This document shows positions 48,622 through 57,583 of a DNA stretch of 64,000 bases, in pieces. Source of the stretch: a virus (lineage: Duplodnaviria; Caudoviricetes). Location of the stretch: positions 1 to 64,000 of the IMG/VR virus record IMGVR_UViG_651703099_000001, one strand, 5' to 3'. The notes beneath the pieces were generated by a model. It made no database searches and was not told the DNA's origin. It worked only from the letters and a program-made list of their open reading frames with translations. Position numbers and translations under genes: made by a program. How positions within the stretch are numbered: position 1 is the stretch's first letter; every line of letters begins with the position of its first letter.

Positions 48622-48972
48622 ATGGCATCAATTTCCCTCGCAGGAACCGTCACTGGCAAGCAGGGCGAAGCCCCTGTCTCTGTTAAGACTTTTGACAGCG
48701 GCGACTCCGTAGCCACCTTTTCTGTGGTCGACCGTGAGTACGTCTACGCCAAGAAAGGCGAAGAAAGCCTCGGCCAGTTTTACAGGGTGGAGGTTCGCGG
48801 TAAAGCCGCCCAGATTGCCGCAGACCGCCTGGAGCGTGGTGACAAGGTGGCCGTACATGGCCAGCTCGTCCAACGTGAGTACAACGGCAAGATCTACCTC
48901 GACGTGAAGGGGGCCCGACTGACTTACCTCGAAGCACGAAAAGATACAGGTGGTGGCGACGAGCCCTTCTGA
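48622..48972 (+). CDS. ssb: Single-stranded DNA-binding protein
   Basis: OB-fold pattern, GDKVAVHGQL, acidic C-terminus DEPF. Confidence 0.9.
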   Translation: MASISLAGTVTGKQGEAPVSVKTFDSGDSVATFSVVDREYVYAKKGEESLGQFYRVEVRGKAAQIAADRLERGDKVAVHGQLVQREYNGKIYLDVKGARLTYLEARKDTGGGDEPF

Positions 48973-48984
48973 TCTGCTATGCTA

Positions 48985-49009
48985 AGGGGGTCCCACGAGG
49001 CCCCCTTTT
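48985..49009 (+). terminator. Intrinsic terminator
   Basis: AAGGGGG...CCCCCTTTT. Confidence 0.65.
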
Positions 49010-49012
49010 CTT

Positions 49013-49420
49013 ATGAAAACATGCAACTTTTGCGGACAAAGCAAAGCTCTGGATCTGTTCGCTGTCGACAAGCAGGCTAGGAGTGGAACCAAGTCATACT
49101 GCAAGTCCTGCGCGTCCGAAAAAAGCAAGGAGTGGAGGACAAGAAACCGTGCCAACGCACGCAAGCACAAGTGCGGCCAGCTTCGTCGGGATTACGGCAT
49201 AACGCTTGAACAGTACGAAGAGATGGACCAAAAGCAGGGTGGCGTATGCTCGATCTGTTCCTCCCGCCCTGGGAGCCGCAGACTCTCCGTGGACCACTGC
49301 CATTCGACTGGAAAGGTTCGCGGTCTCTTGTGCAGCAACTGCAACACCGCCATTGGCCTGCTGGGCGATAACCGTGCTATACTGCAGGCTGCCATCACCT
49401 ACCTGGAGGCACACTCATGA
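49013..49420 (+). CDS. Endonuclease VII-type HNH homing endonuclease
   Basis: YGITLEQY...CSIC...LSVDHCH..GKVRGLLC..CN. Confidence 0.9.
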   Translation: MKTCNFCGQSKALDLFAVDKQARSGTKSYCKSCASEKSKEWRTRNRANARKHKCGQLRRDYGITLEQYEEMDQKQGGVCSICSSRPGSRRLSVDHCHSTGKVRGLLCSNCNTAIGLLGDNRAILQAAITYLEAHS

Positions 49421-49866
49421 ACCTACAAGAAGCCGAAATGGCTCCTGGCTACTGCGGTCTTCTTTTTGACGAGACCCCATTACTGACTCATGCGAATGTA
49501 CGGGCTTTTGTTTGGCCGATCCTCCTTTATCGCGGGGCTGTACGGCCCACTGAGGTGGTTGCCTCCCTCACGTCGGTCTGCTCGGTCGAAGACCTTAAGA
49601 CGGGCGCCTGGGACCCGTTCCTGGGTGATTACGGTGACCGTAGCCGTGCGGAGCTCCTGGTTGATGAGGTTCTTGGCGAGATGGTTGGCGAGGGTCTTTG
49701 CCGCTACAACGAGGATCAGGACATCTGGGTTCTGACCCTGGGGGCCAACCGCCAGAACGTCCCTCACGTCATCAACGTGGTGACCGCGCTGGATGCTATG
49801 ATGCCCCAGCACCTGCTGGCCGACCTTGCCAAGGAGGAGCGCGACCGTCTGCCTGTCCCTTTTTGA
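49417..49866 (+). CDS. Hypothetical protein
   Basis: Coupled ORF. Confidence 0.65.
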   Translation: MNLQEAEMAPGYCGLLFDETPLLTHANVRAFVWPILLYRGAVRPTEVVASLTSVCSVEDLKTGAWDPFLGDYGDRSRAELLVDEVLGEMVGEGLCRYNEDQDIWVLTLGANRQNVPHVINVVTALDAMMPQHLLADLAKEERDRLPVPF

Positions 49867-49874
49867 TTTCTTCC

Positions 49875-50180
49875 ATGACACAACAACACCCCACCACCCC
49901 ACCGCCTGAGCTAGTGCAGCAGTGGATTGAGGAAGGGCCACCCCTGAGCCAACCCAAGCACGTAGCTCACTTCATTGCTGACCGCGCCGCCCAATGGGGC
50001 GCTGATCAGGAGCTGGAGGCTTGTTGCGAATGGATCCCGAAGGCGACACCTTGGGATGCTGAGCAACTCCGCGCCGCCCGCCGCCCCAAGCCCCCGAGCT
50101 TGAAGGAAAAACTGACAGAGGCGCTTTACAACGAGAATATCGGTGAAGCGCTCAGACTTGTGGAGCAACTCGATGACTGA
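49875..50180 (+). CDS. Cyanophage-type hypothetical protein
   Basis: TPPPELVQQW...AAQWGADQELEACCEW...RRPKPPSLKE. Confidence 0.7.
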   Translation: MTQQHPTTPPPELVQQWIEEGPPLSQPKHVAHFIADRAAQWGADQELEACCEWIPKATPWDAEQLRAARRPKPPSLKEKLTEALYNENIGEALRLVEQLDD

Positions 50181-50376
50181 ACTTTCACCCGCCGCAATCG
50201 CAGTTGATGACGCCTTGGCTGCTTGCATTCAGCTTCAAGGCGAAATAGTACGGGCTCGCCCTCTCGCCGCCGCCGCCTTGCGGGCTGCTGCGGATCACGT
50301 TGACCACGACTGGTCAGGCTTTAACTGCGTTGATGCTTTGTGCGAAATCGCCGCCGAGCTTGAAGCCAATGACTGA
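50173..50376 (+). CDS. Cyanophage-type hypothetical protein
   Basis: LSPAA.AV...AAALRAAAD...IAAELEA. Confidence 0.65.
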   Translation: MTELSPAAIAVDDALAACIQLQGEIVRARPLAAAALRAAADHVDHDWSGFNCVDALCEIAAELEAND

Positions 50377-50596
50377 TCGAAGCAACAAGCGTGTTCGTCG
50401 GGAGCGCTACCAGCGCAACCTCGAGCGCGACATCCAGGACCATCAGGATCCGCCCTCTGGCGGCATGTACTGTGTGGTCGACAAGAAGACCAAGGAAAAG
50501 CACAAGGGCCTGAGCTTCAAGCAGGCTACGGCCCTGTGGAACACGCTGGAGAGTGCCATCATCCTCCAGGATGAGCATGTGAGGCGCAATGGGTAG
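50369..50596 (+). CDS. Hypothetical protein
   Basis: Coupled ORF. Confidence 0.55.
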   Translation: MTDRSNKRVRRERYQRNLERDIQDHQDPPSGGMYCVVDKKTKEKHKGLSFKQATALWNTLESAIILQDEHVRRNG

Positions 50597-50852
50597 GTTT
50601 CTGAAGGACGGTGAGTTTAAGCCCAAGCCTTCGACCCTGAAGGCCAGCGAGCGCATGCAGCAATCGCCAACCCCATTGCCAATCTTCCGCCGTAACACCA
50701 ACGTGGAGGTGTTTCTTGGCGCTGGCTGGGGCAAAGGCACCGTTGAGCATAGTGATAAGGTTCGTTGCGTGGTCTTCCTCAAGATTGGCCAACGGCGAGT
50801 AACCTGTTATGATGCTCGTAATATCCGCGAGTACACCCCGAACAAAAAATGA
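50589..50852 (+). CDS. Hypothetical SH3/Tudor-like small protein
   Basis: VEVF..GWGKGTV...VVF pattern. Confidence 0.55.
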   Translation: MGRFLKDGEFKPKPSTLKASERMQQSPTPLPIFRRNTNVEVFLGAGWGKGTVEHSDKVRCVVFLKIGQRRVTCYDARNIREYTPNKK

Positions 50853-51460
50853 CCTACGACAGCATCAACCCCAATCACTACCGTGGTGACCGCAAGCACG
50901 AGCCCATCGACGTAATCGAGGACTGGGGCCTGAACTACCGCCTCGGCAACGCTGTGAAGTACGTCTCTCGCAACGGCCGCAAGCCTGGCGAGGATCCCAT
51001 TGAGGGGCTCAAGAAAGCTATCTGGTACCTGGAGCGCGAGATCGAGGCTATCGAGGCCCAGAAGGTCCCCTACGCCGTTACCTACGAGGATGTACTGCAG
51101 GACTATGCCGCTTGCGCAGCCGAGGGCTACGAGTTCAATGCAGAGCGCTCCCTGGACAACCAGTACGCACTGTGGGACGACAGCGTGGGCCCCATAGAGC
51201 CCAATGCCGAGCTGGAGCAGATCCTATTTGGATACCCAACCCCTGTGGTCCATGACTACATTGGGCAATCAGAGTGGGACGAGCCAGACCCTGAAGAGGC
51301 AGCCCTGCGCTATCCCTCCTGTGAGTTCGACGTAGACGAGCTGCACAAGGACCTCGATCAGTTCGAGAAGGACGAGATTGTCAGTACCTTTGAGCGTCGT
51401 GGCATCATCTTTGGCGTCGACAAGGAAGGCCGCACCTACATCCTCGGAGTAGCACAGTGA
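50849..51460 (+). CDS. DUF3310 domain protein
   Basis: INPNHY..EPIDVIEDW..NYRLGNAVKY..R...LKKAIWYL. Confidence 0.85.
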   Translation: MTYDSINPNHYRGDRKHEPIDVIEDWGLNYRLGNAVKYVSRNGRKPGEDPIEGLKKAIWYLEREIEAIEAQKVPYAVTYEDVLQDYAACAAEGYEFNAERSLDNQYALWDDSVGPIEPNAELEQILFGYPTPVVHDYIGQSEWDEPDPEEAALRYPSCEFDVDELHKDLDQFEKDEIVSTFERRGIIFGVDKEGRTYILGVAQ

Positions 51461-52002
51461 GCACCGTAGCGATGTTCGGTTCCGCCAGGCCCAAGCCTGA
51501 AACGGAACTATACTACAACACCGTTCAAGCGGCTCGCCTGCTGGCTTCCAATGGCTGGACAATCGCCACAGGTGGTGGCCCTGGACTCATGGAGGCGGCT
51601 AACGTCGGAGCCAAGCTTGGGTGCGAGGGAAGCACCTGTTCGCTCGGATACTCAATTTACCTGCCATTCGAGTCCGAGACAAACGCAGCGGTGCAGCGTG
51701 ACTCTCACCACGACAATTTCTTTACCAGACTCAAGCAGTTTACTGATGAGTGCGACGCTTTCATTGCTCTTCCTGGTGGCTATGGCACTATGCTGGAAAT
51801 CCTGACGGTAATCCAGTTGCTACAGGTCCGTCACATGGAGAAGAAGCCTCTGATCCTGGTCGGGAACATGTGGCACGACATCATGAACTACGCCTCGAAT
51901 CGAATGTGGCGCGACCGCTTTATCAGTGACGACGAACAGTTCTTCCATTGGAACGCTATGACACCAATGGACGCAGCCGAACGGCTGCTCAGGGCGACAT
52001 GA
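51457..52002 (+). CDS. LOG-family nucleotide monophosphate nucleosidase
   Basis: FGSAR, TGGGPGLMEAAN, PGGYGTMLE. Confidence 0.9.
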   Translation: MSTVAMFGSARPKPETELYYNTVQAARLLASNGWTIATGGGPGLMEAANVGAKLGCEGSTCSLGYSIYLPFESETNAAVQRDSHHDNFFTRLKQFTDECDAFIALPGGYGTMLEILTVIQLLQVRHMEKKPLILVGNMWHDIMNYASNRMWRDRFISDDEQFFHWNAMTPMDAAERLLRAT

Positions 52003-52102
52003 CCTTCCTAGCTTTCACTGGCTTGACTCTGGGTACCGCTATTCTTAGTGGTGCCCTTTTTAGTGGCATCGTGCTGTTCATCACTTACTGGGAGACTCGC
52101 AA

Positions 52103-52474
52103 GTGATCAGCCTGACCATTCACATGGTCCTGTTCTCGAAGGCTCGCCCCAGGGTCACCTCGAGGGGGACCTTCATGCCAAAGGACTACCAGGACAAGCG
52201 CAAGGAAATGTTGCGCCAGATCAAGGAGCAGTACCAGGGCGAGCCGCTCGAGGGGCCCATCCGCTTGGAGTTGGACGTTTACGGCGAGGGCAGGGCCGAT
52301 GCCGACAACATCATCGGCGCCTTCATGGACACTGCCAACAAGGTGCTCTGGGTGGACGATCGCGTGTCGATCATTCCCGAGATCCAGGTGCGCTGGAAGA
52401 AGGCCGCCAGGGGCTCCTCTCGCTGGGAAGTTCGGATCTACCCACTAAACTGTGAGCAGGAACCGCTGTTCTAA
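52103..52474 (+). CDS. rusA: RusA-like Holliday junction resolvase
   Basis: KARPR, DADNIIGAFMD, VDD. Confidence 0.8.
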   Translation: MISLTIHMVLFSKARPRVTSRGTFMPKDYQDKRKEMLRQIKEQYQGEPLEGPIRLELDVYGEGRADADNIIGAFMDTANKVLWVDDRVSIIPEIQVRWKKAARGSSRWEVRIYPLNCEQEPLF

Positions 52475-53315
52475 CGTGGCCGAGACTTGTTTTAATCAGA
52501 GCGACTTCGACTATAGACGCGAGGAAGGCGTCAATCAGTCATCGCTCAAGAAGATCCTGGAGAGCCCTGCGCACTACCAGGCAGCCCTGAAGTTCAAGAT
52601 GATCCCCACTCCCGCAATGGAGATGGGAACTGCTTTGCATTGTAGGGTGCTGGATGGAGCGACGGCATTTGACCGCCAGTACGTCAAGAAGCCTGATGGC
52701 CTGAGCTTGGCAACCAAGGAGGGCAAGGAGTGGAAGGCCGCCTTGGGTCGCAAGAAGGTTTTAGCTGAGGGGGGAAAGGATGATCCCTGGGGTAGCGTGC
52801 AGGGCATGGCTGAGTCCCTGCGCCGCCTGGAATGGTTCTCTGGCACCGATGCGGAGTACATCAAGTACAACGAGGTCTCGATCTACTGGGACTGGGAGGG
52901 TGTCCGCTGCAAGGCCCGCCTGGACCGCGTACTGGTTGACGAAGGTATCGTCCTGGATCTCAAGACCACCGACAGCGTCGAGCCGGACCTGTTCACCAAG
53001 AAGGTAGTTGGCCTGGGCTACGACTTCCAGGCGGCCTACTACGCCAAGGCGGCTGAGGTGGCCTTTGGCAAGCCCTTCAAGTTCATGTTCGCCGCTGTTG
53101 AGCGTAAGGCGCCGTACACCGTCGACATCTTCGACGTGAGTGATGCTATGATGGCCGAAGGCATGGCCAAGTGCACTGCCGCCCTCAGGCTCTATAAGAC
53201 TTGTAACGACCTGGGCCGCTGGCCCAATCGTGAGCCTAGAATCCGCTCACTGGAGTATCCTTCCTGGTACACTCCATACGGCCAACCCACAACCGAGGAG
53301 GAGGACCTGTTTTGA
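52452..53315 (+). CDS. Exonuclease VIII/RecE-like PD-(D/E)XK nuclease
   Basis: NQSSLK, GTALH, KARLD, DLKTT, GYDFQAAYY. Confidence 0.88.
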   Translation: MSRNRCSNVAETCFNQSDFDYRREEGVNQSSLKKILESPAHYQAALKFKMIPTPAMEMGTALHCRVLDGATAFDRQYVKKPDGLSLATKEGKEWKAALGRKKVLAEGGKDDPWGSVQGMAESLRRLEWFSGTDAEYIKYNEVSIYWDWEGVRCKARLDRVLVDEGIVLDLKTTDSVEPDLFTKKVVGLGYDFQAAYYAKAAEVAFGKPFKFMFAAVERKAPYTVDIFDVSDAMMAEGMAKCTAALRLYKTCNDLGRWPNREPRIRSLEYPSWYTPYGQPTTEEEDLF

Positions 53316-53494
53316 AGATCACGATTGAACTCGTCGACGGCTGGTGGGACTGGACCGTAGAGGGCGACGCTAACGCAAGAGCCCCTTACTGCGGTACCGC
53401 CGATACCTTCTTTGGCGCTTACGAAGGCATCGCTAGAACCATCCAGGACAAAAAGCGCCACCCCTACAACCCTAAAGTTCGCACGGAGTACTGA
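53312..53494 (+). CDS. Hypothetical protein
   Basis: Coupled ORF. Confidence 0.5.
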   Translation: MKITIELVDGWWDWTVEGDANARAPYCGTADTFFGAYEGIARTIQDKKRHPYNPKVRTEY

Positions 53495-54180
53495 TGGCCA
53501 TTATCAACACCGACTACACCAAAGCCCTGTTCCCTCGCGTCAACCTCGAGTTTGTCACTCCCAACGCTGAGCGGTTCATGGGCTACGTGGCTCGTGTAAG
53601 CAATCCGCAGAACCAGGAGAACCCCAACGTCGCTGGCCTTCTAAAGTATTGCATCAAGCACGGCCACTGGAGCGTGTTCGAGCATGCTCAAATGACCCTG
53701 CAGATCACCACCACCCTGGACATCGCAACCCAGATCCTGCGCCACCGTAGCTTCTGCTTCCAGCAGCTCTCCAGGCGCTATGCAGGAGAGGCTGAGGCGC
53801 CCCTCAACATCCACCTGCCCCAACTGCGAGCACCACACCCCAAGAACCGCCAGAAGAGCGTAGACGAGCTTCCTAGCGACACTCAGCTCTGGTTCCAAGC
53901 CAAGCTCGATGAGCACTTCCGCCAGGCCGAAGACCTGTACAAGGCAATGCTCGAGCACGGTGTGGCCAAGGAATGTGCAAGGGCCATCCTCCCGCAAGCC
54001 GCAGAGACCACTCTGTACATGACGGGCAACTGCCGCTCGTGGATCCACTACATCTGCCTGCGCTCTGCCAACGGCACCCAGGAGGAACACCAGGCCGTGG
54101 CCCTCAAGGCCAAGGACATCTTCCGCGAGCATTTCCCGTCTGTCGCGGCTGCACTCGATGAACTCAACTGGACAATCTGA
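53494..54180 (+). CDS. thyX: FAD-dependent thymidylate synthase
   Basis: HWSVFEHA, QILRHRSFCFQQLSRRY, GVAKECAR. Confidence 0.97.
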   Translation: MAIINTDYTKALFPRVNLEFVTPNAERFMGYVARVSNPQNQENPNVAGLLKYCIKHGHWSVFEHAQMTLQITTTLDIATQILRHRSFCFQQLSRRYAGEAEAPLNIHLPQLRAPHPKNRQKSVDELPSDTQLWFQAKLDEHFRQAEDLYKAMLEHGVAKECARAILPQAAETTLYMTGNCRSWIHYICLRSANGTQEEHQAVALKAKDIFREHFPSVAAALDELNWTI

Positions 54181-54482
54181 TGGCTGACATTCTTAAGATC
54201 GAACACATCGTCGACGGCAGTTACAGTCTCGACGAGAACTTTCCTGGGTACAAATTCACCTTGAAGACTGAGGTTGATGATTTCTCGGTTACCGACTGGT
54301 TTAAGTTATTCGAGAAAGTGCTACTGTCTGCTGGCTTTAGTGAGTACGTCGTGATGAAGGGCTGCATGGAGCTGGCATTCAACTCGTGGCGAACCACGGA
54401 GAACATGCGGAAGCTCTATGCCGAATACGCCGACGAGCTGGAGGGATTCAAGCCCGCTGGTAAACTACCAGACGAGGAGTGA
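54180..54482 (+). CDS. Hypothetical protein
   Basis: Coupled ORF. Confidence 0.55.
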   Translation: MADILKIEHIVDGSYSLDENFPGYKFTLKTEVDDFSVTDWFKLFEKVLLSAGFSEYVVMKGCMELAFNSWRTTENMRKLYAEYADELEGFKPAGKLPDEE

Positions 54483-55117
54483 TTCCAGTCATGTCAGGCG
54501 ATCCCAGCAGTTGGAAAGAGGCGGAGCCGCCCTACAATCCAGGGCCGATCTACAACTTTCGCAGGGGGTATCGGGTTCGCGAAGCTGGTCGTCACGAGAC
54601 CGACAAGGAGTACCGCGCCTTCCAGACCTACATGAATTTGGGGTCTGGGAGGTCTTATGCTGCGGTGGCAGAGATCGTTGAGCTGACAGAGGCCACCATC
54701 CAGAGCTATGCCGAGCGCTACGAATGGCAGCGCCGTGCCGCTAAGTGGGACCAGAAGCAGCTCACGGCCGCATTCAAGGACGCCAACAAGGTTGAGCGCA
54801 CCCGCCACCGTCAGAGCATCGAAAAGTTCCGCCAGAGCCAGCAGGAGCAGGCTGAGAAGTTCGTTGCCGTGAGCAATGACCTGATGGCGGTGATCCAGAA
54901 GCGCATTGAGAAGGCCGACGCCGAAGGGGAGGAGATCCCGATGGCACTGGTGTCGGGCTTGATGCGGGCCGCGGCCAACATCTCCGAGCAGGGCCGCCAG
55001 GCTTGGGCCACATCCCTGGGCGTCAACGAGCTGATGCAAGTTGTTGACCAGGAGCTGGAGCAGGTTAGCGTCGAGGACGTGACCGACGATACCTACGACA
55101 TTCCCCTCGACGAATAA
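54479..55117 (+). CDS. Putative terminase small subunit
   Basis: HTH-like then W..RA..WD; directly before TerL. Confidence 0.7.
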   Translation: MIPVMSGDPSSWKEAEPPYNPGPIYNFRRGYRVREAGRHETDKEYRAFQTYMNLGSGRSYAAVAEIVELTEATIQSYAERYEWQRRAAKWDQKQLTAAFKDANKVERTRHRQSIEKFRQSQQEQAEKFVAVSNDLMAVIQKRIEKADAEGEEIPMALVSGLMRAAANISEQGRQAWATSLGVNELMQVVDQELEQVSVEDVTDDTYDIPLDE

Positions 55118-55118
55118 A

Positions 55119-56642
55119 ATGGCCCAGAAACTCGGAAAAGACTACCTCCAGAAGGCCGCTTCTGGACAGGATCTGGTCAAGGCCGTCAAGGCCAAGAAGG
55201 CTGAGCGCCAACAGAACGGCAACAAGGTCGTCTTGTGGAAGTTCATCCGTCAGGTGTTCCCTAACTACAAATTCTACAAATTCCATGCAACAGTCATCGA
55301 GCAGCTTCAGCGAGTCCTCGACGGAGAATGCAATCGACTCATACTTCAAGTCCCGCCTCGACACGGAAAGAGTCTATTGGCTTCGCAGCTCCTTCCTGCT
55401 GCTTATCTACTTGCTCATCCCGAGCGTTTTGTGGGTATTAGCTCCTACTCCGCAGAACTCTCTGAAGGATTCTCCCGCAAGGCCCGCGACTACTATCGTG
55501 AGGCAGGCGGCCTCCTGAATCCCTCCTCTCAGGCCGTAAATGCCTGGGGAACAGAGGGTGGCGGTGGCCTGTGGGCTGCTGGTGTTGGTGGTGCCATCAC
55601 TGGTCGTTCTGGTCACCTGCTGATCATCGACGACCCCGTGAAGAACCGCGAGGATGCCGAGAGCCCTCGTATGATGCAAAAGCTCAACGACTGGTACACC
55701 TCAACCCTGTACACACGTCTTGAGCCCCACGTGGGCGCCATTGTCGTGATTCAGACTCGGTGGTCTGAGAATGACATGATCGGGCAACTGCTCGAAAACG
55801 AAATGAACGTCTCGGAGAAGGGCCGTGAAAACTGGACTATCGTGGATCTCCCAGCTCTTTACGAGGACGAGGGTGATCGACCGATCCTGCCGCCACACTG
55901 CGAAACGGTCGCTGACTGGCGTACCGAAGTGGGCGAAGCGCTTTGTCCCCAGCGTTACGACGTGGACGATCTGGAACGAATCCGTGAAGCTGTCGGTTCG
56001 CGAGACTTCGCCTCTCTATACCAGCAAAGGCCCGCCCCCGAGGGTGGCAACATGTTTAATCCTGAATGGTGGCAGTATTACAACCACGATAGCATTATGC
56101 CGAATTTCCAGCGTGTCATGCTGGCGGTTGACGCTACCTTTACAGCTACCAAAAAAAGCGACTATGTCGTTGGGATTGTCGTTGGGCAAGCGGGGAGTCA
56201 GTTTTACGTGCTCGACCTCGTTAGAGAAAAGTTGGACGTGGTCGGTACAATGGCTATGATCGCCCGCATGTACAAACGCCATGCTCTCTCTGGTACTGTT
56301 ATTGAGTTGGCTGCTTCTGGCTATGCTGTCTACCAAATGATGAGCCAGAAGGTGCCTGGGCTGATTGGCTACAAGCCAGACAAGTCAAAGGAGGCCCGCG
56401 CCTCAGGTATTGTACCGATGGTCGAAGCAGGCAATATATACCTGCCCGCTAGCGCACCCTGGCTGGACGCCTTCATTAACGAGTTCTCGCTGTTCCCTGC
56501 GTCGAAAAACGATGACATGGTGGACGCCCTGACGATGGCCGTCAACTACATGGCCCAGCGTACCGCTCCTCAGCTCACAACCGTGACCTGGGGCCGCGGC
56601 GACAAGGCGCTCCCGGAGGTGCCGCAGTACCGAGCTTGGTAA
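55119..56642 (+). CDS. terL: Terminase large subunit
   Basis: PPRHGKS, LLIIDDP, YQQRP, DDMVDA. Confidence 0.95.
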   Translation: MAQKLGKDYLQKAASGQDLVKAVKAKKAERQQNGNKVVLWKFIRQVFPNYKFYKFHATVIEQLQRVLDGECNRLILQVPPRHGKSLLASQLLPAAYLLAHPERFVGISSYSAELSEGFSRKARDYYREAGGLLNPSSQAVNAWGTEGGGGLWAAGVGGAITGRSGHLLIIDDPVKNREDAESPRMMQKLNDWYTSTLYTRLEPHVGAIVVIQTRWSENDMIGQLLENEMNVSEKGRENWTIVDLPALYEDEGDRPILPPHCETVADWRTEVGEALCPQRYDVDDLERIREAVGSRDFASLYQQRPAPEGGNMFNPEWWQYYNHDSIMPNFQRVMLAVDATFTATKKSDYVVGIVVGQAGSQFYVLDLVREKLDVVGTMAMIARMYKRHALSGTVIELAASGYAVYQMMSQKVPGLIGYKPDKSKEARASGIVPMVEAGNIYLPASAPWLDAFINEFSLFPASKNDDMVDALTMAVNYMAQRTAPQLTTVTWGRGDKALPEVPQYRAW

Positions 56643-56650
56643 ACTATTGA

Positions 56651-56765
56651 GTTCCCGCTCTGCCTAGCATCGGGCCCGGTTCAGGAGGCGTCCGTTAACG
56701 TCTCCCCGATAGAGGCCAAGCCTCTGTGCGTCTCCGAGGCGTCTCACGCTTGGTCCATCCTTACT
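56651..56765 (+). ncRNA. Candidate structured non-coding RNA
   Basis: No ORF; GGTAAACTAT motif at 56638; four consecutive hairpins. Confidence 0.5.
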
Positions 56766-56831
56766 CGCTTCGCTAATAAACGCCCGTTATTAACCCGCCT
56801 GGTAGACTGGGTATCAGTTGTTCAGCCAGGT

Positions 56832-57567
56832 ATGGCACGGAAACCCGCCAAGTTCCAGCTCAATACGGAGCAGCAGAAGCTGGCTGCCGACAACCTGAAC
56901 CTGGCTAGGCGGGAAGCGTGGCGTATACAGCGCTCAACTGGTATCGACTACCACACCCTGGAGTCGGTCGCCTTTGAAGGGCTGTGTAAGGCTGCCTACA
57001 GGTACGATGCCAGCAGGCCGCACCCCGTCACCGGCAAGAGCATGAAGTTCTCTTCGCTGGCCATTCCCACTATTCGTGGCGAGCTGCTGCACTGGGTGCG
57101 CGACAGAACGTACTCGATGCGCCTTAGCCACAAGATGCGCGAGCGCTGGGTCAAGGGCCGCAAGCTCCTGTATCGCGGCTCTACCGACATCGAGATCGCT
57201 GCCAGCCTGGGCATCCTTCTCGAGGAGTGGCAGGAAGTGCGTAAGGTATGCTCTGGCCCACCGCTGGAACTGAAGGACCAGGCCACCCCTACGGAGCCCC
57301 TGGAGCCCTCTGAGGTGGACTTCGCCTCGATATACCTGGAACAGGCTAGTAACGCCATGAATGAGCTGCGGGGCGATCTACAGGACTACCTGGGTCAGAT
57401 CGAGCTCTACCTCAACGGCAATGGCAGTCGCGTCCCCCAAGGCCGCTGTTGATGCGCTCCTCTCTACCGCTGGCTGCGCTACCACCGACTGGAGTCAAAT
57501 GGATGTAAACTTACTTGACGGCTGGGAGGACGTTGGCGACGGTCGCCTGCAAGGTTCCCTCTTCTGA
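56832..57567 (+). CDS. SigF/SigB-like sigma factor (regions 2-3, no recognisable region 4; apparent +1 frameshift at 57434-57438)
   Basis: NLNLAR..A...LESVAFEGLCKAAYRYD...KFSSLAIPTIRGELLHWVRD; extra C in GTCCCCCAAG. Confidence 0.85.
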
Positions 57568-57583
57568 CTGATATACTGGAAGC

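Noticed and set aside
56651-56765. tRNA gene
   Set aside because: No cloverleaf with a T-loop GTTCRA hairpin, D-loop and acceptor stem; no tRNA recognised elsewhere by eye
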